From Bacteroidia bacterium (GTDB taxonomy: Bacteria; Bacteroidota; Bacteroidia; Flavobacteriales; Schleiferiaceae), in assembly GCA_030424545.1 (NCBI GenBank), contig JAUHWL010000012.1:20315-84314 (forward strand): DNA of 64,000 nt. Reading direction: 5' to 3'. Positions within the stretch are counted from its first letter, which is position 1. Every line of letters starts with the position of its first letter. A program made the position numbers and the translations under genes. Of the stretch, positions 17,631-26,415 are shown piece after piece. Below the pieces are notes generated by a model. That model saw nothing but the letters and a program-made list of their open reading frames with translations, had not been told where the DNA came from and made no database searches.

Positions 17631-18635
17631 ATGGAAGAGAATACAACAGCAATTGATATAAAATTGCTCAATGAAAAAATTGAGAAAGAAAGTTCGATTA
17701 TAGAACTTTTACAAATGGAAATGGGCAAACGCATTGTTGGCCAAAAAAAGATGGTAGAAAGCCTTTTGATTGGCATGCTAGGCAACGGACACATACTCTT
17801 AGAAGGTGTTCCAGGTTTGGCAAAAACCTTGGCCATAAAAACCTTGTCTGATGCGGTAGATGGCACATTTAGCCGTTTGCAGTTTACCCCAGATTTGCTC
17901 CCTAGCGATTTAATTGGTACGCAGATGTACAACATGAGTACCAACAGCTTTAGCACCAAAAAGGGGCCCATATTTGCCAACTTTGTCTTGGCCGATGAGA
18001 TTAACAGAGCTCCCGCAAAAGTGCAAAGTGCCTTGCTAGAAGCCATGCAAGAAAAACAAGTAACCTTAGGCGATGAAACATTTCCACTGCCCAAGCCATT
18101 TCTTGTGCTTGCCACACAAAACCCGGTAGAGCAAGAAGGTACCTACCCACTGCCCGAAGCACAGGTAGATAGGTTTATGCTTAAAACTATTATTAGTTAT
18201 CCAACTATAGAGGATGAGCAAGCCATTATGCGCCAAAACATGACCATGGCGCAAGACCAATTAACCCCCGTTGTTAGCATAGATAAATTGCTAAAAGCGC
18301 GCGAAGTAGTTCGCGAGGTTTATATGGACGAAAAAATTGAGCGCTATATTTTAGATTTAATTTTTGCTACCAGAAATCCAGAGAATTACAAAATGGCAAA
18401 ACTTAAGCCGCTCATCACATTTGGTGCATCGCCACGCGGCAGCATTAACTTGGCCGTTGCCAGCAAAGCCAGAGCATTTATTAAGCGCAGAGGATTTGTA
18501 ATTCCAGAAGATGTAAGAGCTGTAGCCCATGATGTTTTGCGCCATCGTATTGGATTAACCTACGAGGCAGAAGCAGAAAACATGACCACAGACGACATTA
18601 TTACCCAGGTTTTAAACACAGTTGAAGTGCCGTAG
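17631..18635 (+). CDS. moxR: MoxR-family AAA+ ATPase
   Basis: AAA_3-type Walker A (LLEGVPGLAKT) and Walker B (LADEINRA). Confidence 0.9.
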   Translation: MEENTTAIDIKLLNEKIEKESSIIELLQMEMGKRIVGQKKMVESLLIGMLGNGHILLEGVPGLAKTLAIKTLSDAVDGTFSRLQFTPDLLPSDLIGTQMYNMSTNSFSTKKGPIFANFVLADEINRAPAKVQSALLEAMQEKQVTLGDETFPLPKPFLVLATQNPVEQEGTYPLPEAQVDRFMLKTIISYPTIEDEQAIMRQNMTMAQDQLTPVVSIDKLLKAREVVREVYMDEKIERYILDLIFATRNPENYKMAKLKPLITFGASPRGSINLAVASKARAFIKRRGFVIPEDVRAVAHDVLRHRIGLTYEAEAENMTTDDIITQVLNTVEVP

Positions 18636-18754
18636 GCATTCGGCTTGTTCAATATTAAAAGTCCAGGGTTGTATGCTCAATGTCGCAACCATGAACATTC
18701 AACGTTGAACCTTGACCCTTGAACCATTAACGTTTAACAACAAACTCACCTTAG

Positions 18755-19627
18755 GTGGAAACTCAAGAATTACTTCGTAAAGTACGCAAGCTGGAAATTA
18801 AAACCAGAAGGCTAAGCGATCAGCTTTTTTCTGGCGAGTATCATAGCTCGTTTAAGGGGAGAGGTATGGCGTTTAGCGAAGTAAGAAAATACCAGTTTGG
18901 TGATGATATACGGGCAATAGATTGGAATGTTACCGCCAGAAAAAGAGAACCGTACATCAAAATTTTTGAAGAAGAACGCGAGTTAACGCTGATGCTTTTG
19001 GTAGATGTTAGTGGCTCCGGGAGTTTTGGTAGTCGCGTACAACAAAAGCGCGATATGATTACAGAAATTTGCGCTACACTAGCCTTTTCGGCTCTAACAA
19101 ACAATGATAAAGTTGGTTTGCTTTTGTTTAGTGATCGAGTTGAAAAGTTTATTCCTCCCGTAAAAGGAAGGCAAAATGTGTTGCGCATTATTCGTGATTT
19201 GGTAGAGCATGAAAATACAGGCCACCAAACCAATATAGAATTTGCACTCGAATACTTAAATGGCATTTTAAAAAAGAAAGCCATTGTGTTTATTCTTTCA
19301 GACTTTTTAGATGAAAACTACACCAAAGGCATACAGATTACCAGCAAAAAACACGATTTAACGGGCATACGCGTATTTGATGAATTAGACAACAAATTGC
19401 CTAACCTGGGCATGATACCTGCGCAAGATCCAGAAACCGGAAATTGGGGTTGGCTAAACACGGGGAGCAGACGCGTGCGCGAAAAGTATTATGCTGCCAA
19501 TGCCGAAAAGATAAACTACTTCAGAAATTTATTTAATAAAACCGGTGCGGGCCGAGTTGAAGTAAACGTACAAGATAGCTATGTTCACAAGCTTATGGCT
19601 TATTTTAAACAACGCGGAACCAAGTGA
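18755..19627 (+). CDS. DUF58-domain protein (MoxR-associated vWA-like)
   Basis: Characteristic ...FKGRGMAFSEVRKYQFGDDIRAIDWNVTAR... DUF58 core; position after moxR. Confidence 0.85.
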   Translation: METQELLRKVRKLEIKTRRLSDQLFSGEYHSSFKGRGMAFSEVRKYQFGDDIRAIDWNVTARKREPYIKIFEEERELTLMLLVDVSGSGSFGSRVQQKRDMITEICATLAFSALTNNDKVGLLLFSDRVEKFIPPVKGRQNVLRIIRDLVEHENTGHQTNIEFALEYLNGILKKKAIVFILSDFLDENYTKGIQITSKKHDLTGIRVFDELDNKLPNLGMIPAQDPETGNWGWLNTGSRRVREKYYAANAEKINYFRNLFNKTGAGRVEVNVQDSYVHKLMAYFKQRGTK

Positions 19628-20544
19628 TGAAAAAGTTTATTTACACCACCATATCATTGCTTTTTGCGGCTACAGCCTGGTGCCAAGCACCAACGTTTAC
19701 GGCACGTTTAGATACCAATTATATTCTTATTGGCCAGCAAACAACGTTGCAGTTTAAGGCAACAAACATTGCAGAAAACGCCCAGCTTTTGTGGCCGGCT
19801 TGGCCCGATACGCTTTCTGGATTAGAGCTATTAAGCCATACCAGAGATACGCTTGCCCAAAGCGATAATGGAACAATGACCATTGTAGAAAACCTTCGCC
19901 TTACGTCATTCGATTCGGGCTTTGTTATTATTCCCGAGTTTACTTTACAAGTAGAGCAAGAACTGCTTAAAACAGAACCCAAAATTTTAAACGTGGGCAC
20001 TGTTGAGGTGGTGGCAAATCAAGATTATTTTGATATAAAAGGTCCCGTAGATCCGCCTTTTGATTTTTGGTATTGGTTTAAAAAGCTTTGGTATGTGTCG
20101 GTAATTTTGGCTATTGCGCTAGCACTGTTTTTCTGGTTTTGGATGCGAAAACGCAAAGAAAAAGCCCAAGCTACAGAAGTACCAGATTTACGCACACCAG
20201 CCGAAAAAGCTAGAGATACGCTCAGCGAAATTCGCGAAAAACGCATTTGGCAAAATGGGCATGTAAAAATGTATTACAGCCAGGTTTCTGATGCGGTTAG
20301 ACTATACCTTGAAGAGCTGCATCACGTGCCAGCAATGGAAATGGTTTCTGATGAATTGCTTGATGCCATGGACACGCGCATTTCTGCCGAAGCGCATACG
20401 GTTTTGCGCCATATGCTTAAAGAAGCCGATATGGTAAAATTTGCAAAAGCAAAACCAGGAGAGCCTCAACACAATAAGTTGTGGGAAGACGCCCAAAGAA
20501 TAATTGAATTAACAGAGCCTAAAGAAGAAACAAATGCAAGCTGA
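19624..20544 (+). CDS. Bat-operon membrane protein (DUF4381-like)
   Basis: Signal peptide plus one internal TM. Conserved position between DUF58 and batA. Confidence 0.55.
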   Translation: MMKKFIYTTISLLFAATAWCQAPTFTARLDTNYILIGQQTTLQFKATNIAENAQLLWPAWPDTLSGLELLSHTRDTLAQSDNGTMTIVENLRLTSFDSGFVIIPEFTLQVEQELLKTEPKILNVGTVEVVANQDYFDIKGPVDPPFDFWYWFKKLWYVSVILAIALALFFWFWMRKRKEKAQATEVPDLRTPAEKARDTLSEIREKRIWQNGHVKMYYSQVSDAVRLYLEELHHVPAMEMVSDELLDAMDTRISAEAHTVLRHMLKEADMVKFAKAKPGEPQHNKLWEDAQRIIELTEPKEETNAS

Positions 20545-21532
20545 TGCTGTGTTTTTATATCCGCAAGTGCTATGGCTGCTTTTGGTTTTGCCACTTATTG
20601 CCATTATTCTGGTTTTTAGGAAAAAGCCAAGAATTGCACTTGTAAAAGTTCCTGTTTTGTACAGCTTTGGCACAAAAAATTTAGGGTCTAGATTGCGGCC
20701 TTTTTTGGTTGTGCTTAGGCTTGCCGCTTTAGGTTTGTTAATTGTTGCCTTGGCCAGACCCCAAAGCACAGATGTTAGCAAAGAAAAACGCGGCACCGAA
20801 GGAATTGACATTGTTATGACCGTTGATATCTCGGGCAGTATGCGCGCCAGAGATTTAAAACCAAACAGATTAGAAGCCTTAAAATTGGTTGGGCAAGAGT
20901 TTGTAGACCAACGCCCCAACGACCGTATTGGCCTTGTAATTTATGCCGGAGAAAGTTTTGGGCAAGTGCCTTTAACTACCGACCATAAAATTGTTAAAAA
21001 TGGTTTAGACGATTTAGAGTTTGACATGTTGCAAGATGGTACCGCCATTGGCATGGGGTTGGCCACCGCGGTAAACAGAATTAAAGATTCTGAGGCCTTA
21101 AGCAAAGTAATTATCTTACTTACAGATGGCGAAAACAACACGGGTATAATTGACCCAAAAACGGCAACCCAAATTGCACAAGAACTTAACATTAAAGTGT
21201 ACACCATTGGCGTAGGAACAAAAGGTTTGGCAGAAATGCCTGTGGCACAAGATTTTCAAGGCAATTTAATTTACCAAAAAGTGCCCGTAAACATAGATGA
21301 GGATTTGCTAAAATATATTGCCGATGCTACAAATGCCAAATACTTTAGGGCTACAGATAACGAGAGCTTGAGCAATATTTATAAAGAAATTGATGCCTTA
21401 GAAAAAACCGAATTAGAAGAGTTAACCTATTATCAATACCAAGAACACTTTTACAATTTTGTGTTTCTAGCCATAGGTTTTTTATTGCTTGAGCTTGTAT
21501 TACGTTTCACCATTTTTAGAAGTTTTATTTAA
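20534..21532 (+). CDS. batA: vWA-domain aerotolerance protein BatA
   Basis: N-terminal TM pair and a vWA MIDAS motif (VDISGSM...TAIG). Confidence 0.85.
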   Translation: MQADAVFLYPQVLWLLLVLPLIAIILVFRKKPRIALVKVPVLYSFGTKNLGSRLRPFLVVLRLAALGLLIVALARPQSTDVSKEKRGTEGIDIVMTVDISGSMRARDLKPNRLEALKLVGQEFVDQRPNDRIGLVIYAGESFGQVPLTTDHKIVKNGLDDLEFDMLQDGTAIGMGLATAVNRIKDSEALSKVIILLTDGENNTGIIDPKTATQIAQELNIKVYTIGVGTKGLAEMPVAQDFQGNLIYQKVPVNIDEDLLKYIADATNAKYFRATDNESLSNIYKEIDALEKTELEELTYYQYQEHFYNFVFLAIGFLLLELVLRFTIFRSFI

Positions 21533-22572
21533 TGTACCGTTTAGAACATCCAGAATATTTGCATACGCTTTGGATTATTCCTCTGCTGGTTATTGCTTTT
21601 CTGGCCTATAGAATGTGGCAAAAACGTGCACAAAAATTGTGGGGAGAAGAAGCCCTATTGGCAAAAATGGCAAGCAAAAAAAGCAATGCCAAAGCAGGCA
21701 TTAAGTTTGCCATAATTTGTTTGAGCTTGGTGTTTTTAGCCATCGGCTTGGCAAACCCTCAGGTAGGTACCAAAACCGAAACCGTTACCCGAAGAGGAGT
21801 AGATATTGTTTTTGCCTTAGATGTATCTAAAAGTATGTTGGCGGAAGATGTTGCGCCAAGCCGGATAGAAAAGGCTAAACATTTAATTTCTAAAATCATT
21901 GATGAGCTAAGTGGAGATCGCGTTGGCATAATTGCCTATGCCGGCAATGCATATCCACTGTTGCCAATTACTACAGATTACGCAGCGGCAAAATTGGCTA
22001 TTTCTAGTGCCTCGCCAGATTTTATTCCTACCCAGGGTACCGCCTTAGACATGGCGCTAGAATACAGCTTAAACTATTTTGATGATGCTTCGGAAGCAAG
22101 TAAAATACTGGTGATTTTAAGCGATGGTGAAGACCACGAAGACAATTGGAAAGAAGAGATTACACAGCTTAATCAAAAAAACATCATTGTATATTCTATA
22201 GGGTTAGGCACAAAAAAAGGTGGGCCTATACCAGAAAAAAGGGCAAATAGGATTGTTGGTTACAAAAAAGATAGAAATGGCGAGGTTGTAATAACACGTT
22301 TAAATGGAACTATTTTGCGCGAAATTGCACAAGCCACAAACGGAAGTTATATTGACGGAGACAACGTAAACAATGCGGTTAAAATGATTGCAGAATCTAC
22401 TGCAGGAATGAATAAAGCAGAAATTGAAGAAAAGGTTTTTACCGATTATGAAGATCAATTTCAATGGTTTATTGCCATTGCCATTATTTTGTTGCTTGTA
22501 GAATTGAGCATTGCAAACCGTAAAACGGCATGGTTAGCCAAATGGGGGATTAATAATAAAGACGTAAAATGA
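21532..22572 (+). CDS. batB: vWA-domain aerotolerance protein BatB
   Basis: Second vWA (LDVSKSM...ILSDGEDH) with a C-terminal TM. Confidence 0.85.
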   Translation: MYRLEHPEYLHTLWIIPLLVIAFLAYRMWQKRAQKLWGEEALLAKMASKKSNAKAGIKFAIICLSLVFLAIGLANPQVGTKTETVTRRGVDIVFALDVSKSMLAEDVAPSRIEKAKHLISKIIDELSGDRVGIIAYAGNAYPLLPITTDYAAAKLAISSASPDFIPTQGTALDMALEYSLNYFDDASEASKILVILSDGEDHEDNWKEEITQLNQKNIIVYSIGLGTKKGGPIPEKRANRIVGYKKDRNGEVVITRLNGTILREIAQATNGSYIDGDNVNNAVKMIAESTAGMNKAEIEEKVFTDYEDQFQWFIAIAIILLLVELSIANRKTAWLAKWGINNKDVK

Positions 22573-23429
22573 AGCAGATAAGCATACTTTTCTTGTTGAT
22601 GGTGAGTAGCTTTTTAATCCAAGCTCAACCGTTTCAGAGTAAGATTAAAGAAGGCAACAACGCGTTTAAAAATCAAGCGTATGATCAAGCCGAAATTCAA
22701 TACAAAAAAGCTACGGAAAACAACCCAGAAGCGTTTGAGGGGTGGTTTAATTTAGGTGATGCCCTTTACAAACAAGGCCGTTTTGATGAGGCTTTAGAAG
22801 CCTACGAAAAAGGAGCACAATACTCTACCGACCCGAAACGTGCAGCAAGCACATTGCACAATATGGGCAACACATTTGCCAATAAAAAGGAATTTGATAA
22901 AGCGGTAGAAGCGTATAAAAATGCGTTGCGCTTAAATCCTGATGACAATGAAACCCGCTATAATTTGGCAAAAACGCTAAAAGAGCTAAAGCAACAACAA
23001 AAACAAGATGGCCAAGATGGCCAAGACGGAGACGATAAAGACGATAAGAAAAAAGAAGACCAGCAAGAAAATAAAGACAATAAATCGAACCAAAACAAAG
23101 ACGAAGAAAACAAGAAAGATACAGAAGGCGGAGACCAAGGAGACAAGAAAGAACAAGAAAGTAAAGACGGAGATAAAAAAGAGCAGGGCGAAGAAGGCGA
23201 ACAAAAATCGGAGCAGGAAAAAAATGAAGAATCTACTGGGAAAGAAGGTGAGCAAAAAGAAGGAGAAAAGAAAGAAGGCCAACAGCAACCCGTAAAAATG
23301 GGCAAGCAAGAAATGGAGCAGCTTTTAGAAGCCATTGCCCAAGCCGAGAAACAAACTAAGGGTAAGATAGACGACAAAAAGAAAGCCAAAACAAAGGCGA
23401 AATCAACATCAACAGAAAAAGATTGGTAG
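22569..23429 (+). CDS. batC: TPR-repeat protein BatC with acidic/lysine-rich low-complexity tail
   Basis: TPR repeats are followed by a D/E/K/Q-rich region that includes GQDGQDGQDG. Confidence 0.8.
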   Translation: MKQISILFLLMVSSFLIQAQPFQSKIKEGNNAFKNQAYDQAEIQYKKATENNPEAFEGWFNLGDALYKQGRFDEALEAYEKGAQYSTDPKRAASTLHNMGNTFANKKEFDKAVEAYKNALRLNPDDNETRYNLAKTLKELKQQQKQDGQDGQDGDDKDDKKKEDQQENKDNKSNQNKDEENKKDTEGGDQGDKKEQESKDGDKKEQGEEGEQKSEQEKNEESTGKEGEQKEGEKKEGQQQPVKMGKQEMEQLLEAIAQAEKQTKGKIDDKKKAKTKAKSTSTEKDW

Positions 23430-25186
23430 TGAAAAAATTTGCTTACATACTTTTACTTTTAGCATGTACAACGCAGCTTTTTGCACAAGTACAATTTACG
23501 GCCCAAGCCAACCGATACAAAGTAGGCGTTGGCGAAATGTTTATTGTAGAATTTAAAATTAACGCCAACTCTAGCGATTTTAAGTTACCCAGTTTTCAAG
23601 ATTTTAAAATTGTTGGTGGACCATCTCATGGCCAATCTACGAGCTATATCAATGGTGTGCGCTCTATGGAAAAATCTGTACGATTAGATTTAATGGCGCT
23701 TAAAAAAGGAACCTATACTATTGGTGCCGCAAAAACCGAAGCCAATGGTGACAGTTACACCACAAAACCGATAACCATAACCGTAGTAGATGCCGGTACA
23801 AATCAGCCTGGTAGTATAGAAGAAAAAGCTGCCCAATTGGTGTACATAAATATATTAACCAATAAAAATAAAGTGTATTTGGGCGAGCCTATTTCGGTGC
23901 GCTACACCCTTATTTTAAACGCAAATGTTGGCCAGTTTGAGTATTTAGAAACACCAGAATTTTTAGGATTTGTAAAAAATGATATTGAAATAAAGCAGAT
24001 CCAAACCAAGCAAGAAACCATAAACGGAAACCCAACCACAACGGCAGATCTCTCTAAATTTTTATTGATTCCGCAACAAGTAGGCGAATTTGATTTGGGC
24101 AAACTGCAAATGCGGTTGCCTACGCAAATTCCTACTGGCAGAAGAGATTGGTTTGGCAATCCAGAAACGCGCACAATTAATCAGATAAGCACAAGCAAAT
24201 TTCCTAAAATCACGGTGCTCCCGCTACCCAATGCAGGTAAACCAGCCAGTTTTAATGGTGCTGTGGGTAATTTTGAATTAAAAACTTCACTGAGCAGAAA
24301 TGAAGTAAAAGGAGGGGAGTCTGTTACGCTTACGGTTGAGGTTTCGGGCAAAGGAAATATTCAGCTTATAGAATTACCAGAGCCACAGGTGCCCAACTCT
24401 ATAGAAAGCTATGACCCTAAATACAAGGAAAGCATTAACGTTTTGCCCACTGGAGTAAAAGGGTATAAACGAAATGAATACCTATTAATACCTCAATACA
24501 AAGGCGTATATAAAATACCGGGTTTAACGTTTAGTTTTTTTAACCCCTATACAGAACAGTACGAAACGCAAACAACTGAGGAGCTGCTTATAGATGTTAC
24601 TGAAGGTGAAATAGCAAAGACAAACCCAAGCCAAAACAAACCAATAAACAATGATAAAAATGAAGTTACGGCATTAGGAGAAGACATTGGTTTTATACAA
24701 CTTACTCCTTCAGAATTTGAATTAAAAGGCCCTTCGTTTTTTGTGCAACCATTGCATTATATATTGGCCATAGCCCTTTTTCTAGCAACATTAGGGTTGT
24801 TTGTGTACAACCGCATCCGCCAAAAATTTAAGCCAGATTACGCGGCCAAGGCACGAAAAAATGCTGGAAGCAATGCCAAGAAACAGCTCAAGCTTGCGCA
24901 TCAAAAATTGCAAGCAAATCAAATAAAAGAGTTTTATGGAGAGTTGTTAGCAGCGCTTCAAAAATACTTTCAGTTTAAAGCCAATTTAGCACCAGCAGAT
25001 TTTAACACAGAACGCGTAGCAGAAATAATTAATCAAAAGCAAAAAGATGGTGAGTTGGCTCAATCTTTAACATATTTAATTAATCAGGCCAATAGTGCTA
25101 GATATGCACCGTTAACTCAAGCCAACATGAAACAGGATTATGACTTGGGATTAAAAAGCCTAGAAAAATTAGAAGATTTGTTATGA
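23423..25186 (+). CDS. batD: Oxygen-tolerance protein BatD
   Basis: 587 aa with a signal peptide and a C-proximal TM. Conserved position in the operon. Confidence 0.8.
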   Translation: MVVKKFAYILLLLACTTQLFAQVQFTAQANRYKVGVGEMFIVEFKINANSSDFKLPSFQDFKIVGGPSHGQSTSYINGVRSMEKSVRLDLMALKKGTYTIGAAKTEANGDSYTTKPITITVVDAGTNQPGSIEEKAAQLVYINILTNKNKVYLGEPISVRYTLILNANVGQFEYLETPEFLGFVKNDIEIKQIQTKQETINGNPTTTADLSKFLLIPQQVGEFDLGKLQMRLPTQIPTGRRDWFGNPETRTINQISTSKFPKITVLPLPNAGKPASFNGAVGNFELKTSLSRNEVKGGESVTLTVEVSGKGNIQLIELPEPQVPNSIESYDPKYKESINVLPTGVKGYKRNEYLLIPQYKGVYKIPGLTFSFFNPYTEQYETQTTEELLIDVTEGEIAKTNPSQNKPINNDKNEVTALGEDIGFIQLTPSEFELKGPSFFVQPLHYILAIALFLATLGLFVYNRIRQKFKPDYAAKARKNAGSNAKKQLKLAHQKLQANQIKEFYGELLAALQKYFQFKANLAPADFNTERVAEIINQKQKDGELAQSLTYLINQANSARYAPLTQANMKQDYDLGLKSLEKLEDLL

Positions 25187-25923
25187 AAAAAGCAATTGTA
25201 TTTTTCTTGGTACTTATAAGTATATCGGCTTTGCGTGCCAACCCGCAAGAGCTTTTTGCAAAAGCAAATCAAGCCTACCAAGCGGGCGATTTTAACCAAG
25301 CAGTAGTGCTTTATGATAGTATTGTTAACCTCGGTTACAATCACCCAGAAACGTATTTTAATTTAGCCAACGCACATTATAGATTAAACCACGTTGGCCC
25401 AGCTATTTTAAACTACGAAAAGGCATTAAAACTAGACCCTAAAAACGAAGAAATACAACACAACTTGGCCCTAGCCAATAAGGCCGTTGTAGATGAGTTT
25501 AACGTTTTACCTACACCCGCAATAGCAAGAATTACAAGAGATTTTTCTTCAATTTTTTCCTCATCTACATGGAGTGTATTGGGCATTGTGTTTTTATTGG
25601 CAACATTTCTGTTTTCTTTTCTATTTTTATTTGTAAATCAAAAAAGTGTATTTATCGCTGTAGCAGTAATTACTTTATTTTCTGCCGTATTGGTTGAGGG
25701 CGTTGCTTACCAAAAGTATTTGTTTGAACAAGAAAGGTTTGTTGTAATCACATCATCAAACAGTTATGTAAAAAGTGCCCCAGCAACTACAGCCGAAGAC
25801 CTTTTTATTCTACACGAGGGCACCAAGTGCAAAGTGCTAGATGAGTTTGATGAATGGCAAAAAATAAAATTGCCAGATGGTAAAATTGGCTGGATAAAAA
25901 CCGAAACGATTTCTGCGATTTAG
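25183..25923 (+). CDS. batE: TPR + SH3-like protein BatE
   Basis: TPR repeats, two TM segments and a C-terminal SH3b-like region (KVLDEFDEWQKIKLPDGKIGWIKTETI). Confidence 0.75.
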   Translation: MKKAIVFFLVLISISALRANPQELFAKANQAYQAGDFNQAVVLYDSIVNLGYNHPETYFNLANAHYRLNHVGPAILNYEKALKLDPKNEEIQHNLALANKAVVDEFNVLPTPAIARITRDFSSIFSSSTWSVLGIVFLLATFLFSFLFLFVNQKSVFIAVAVITLFSAVLVEGVAYQKYLFEQERFVVITSSNSYVKSAPATTAEDLFILHEGTKCKVLDEFDEWQKIKLPDGKIGWIKTETISAI

Positions 25924-25950
25924 TATCTTAGTGCGTAAAAGATACACACC

Positions 25951-26241
25951 ATGAATAGAGATGAATTAAAGGGGAAAGCCCACAAAGCGGTAAACAAATT
26001 GTTTAATCAGTTAGATGAGTTAGACGCTAAAAAGGATGAGCTTAGTGGAAAAGCAAAGGCAGAGTACGCAGAAAAAAGAGAAGCGCTGGCAAAGAAAAAA
26101 GTAGAACTCCAGGCCAAATACAAAGAGCTTGAAGGCGCTTCTGGCGAAAGTTTAGACGACTTAAAAATTGCGCTAGACAAATCTGTAGAATCTTTTAAAG
26201 AGGCCTTTGGAAATATAAAAACGCACTTTAACAAGGAATAA
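25951..26241 (+). CDS. Small coiled-coil protein (CsbD/stress-like)
   Basis: 96 aa and highly charged with K/E heptads. Followed by a terminator. Confidence 0.45.
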   Translation: MNRDELKGKAHKAVNKLFNQLDELDAKKDELSGKAKAEYAEKREALAKKKVELQAKYKELEGASGESLDDLKIALDKSVESFKEAFGNIKTHFNKE

Positions 26242-26265
26242 CAATATCTACGATATTATTTCAAA

Positions 26266-26298
26266 AGACTCGTTTTCTTTAAACGGGTCTTTTTTTTG
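26266..26298 (+). terminator. Probable intrinsic terminator
   Basis: AGACTCG...CGGGTCT imperfect stem (one G·U pair) followed by TTTTTTTT. Confidence 0.45.
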
Positions 26299-26415
26299 TC
26301 CAGAATTTTCGTTCCTAAGCAGCCAATCGTTTATAGTATTTGTCTTATATAGACAGATGGTAGATTGGCAGGCTACAAATTTGTAATTTTATTTAACCAA
26401 TAATATATCCTTTCT

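Noticed and set aside
23008-23295. 95-aa lysine-rich ORF on the plus strand inside batC, with companion antisense ORFs 22958-23389 and 22986-23309
   Set aside because: These are alternative-frame readings of the GA-rich, low-complexity BatC tail and have no independent start or RBS context.
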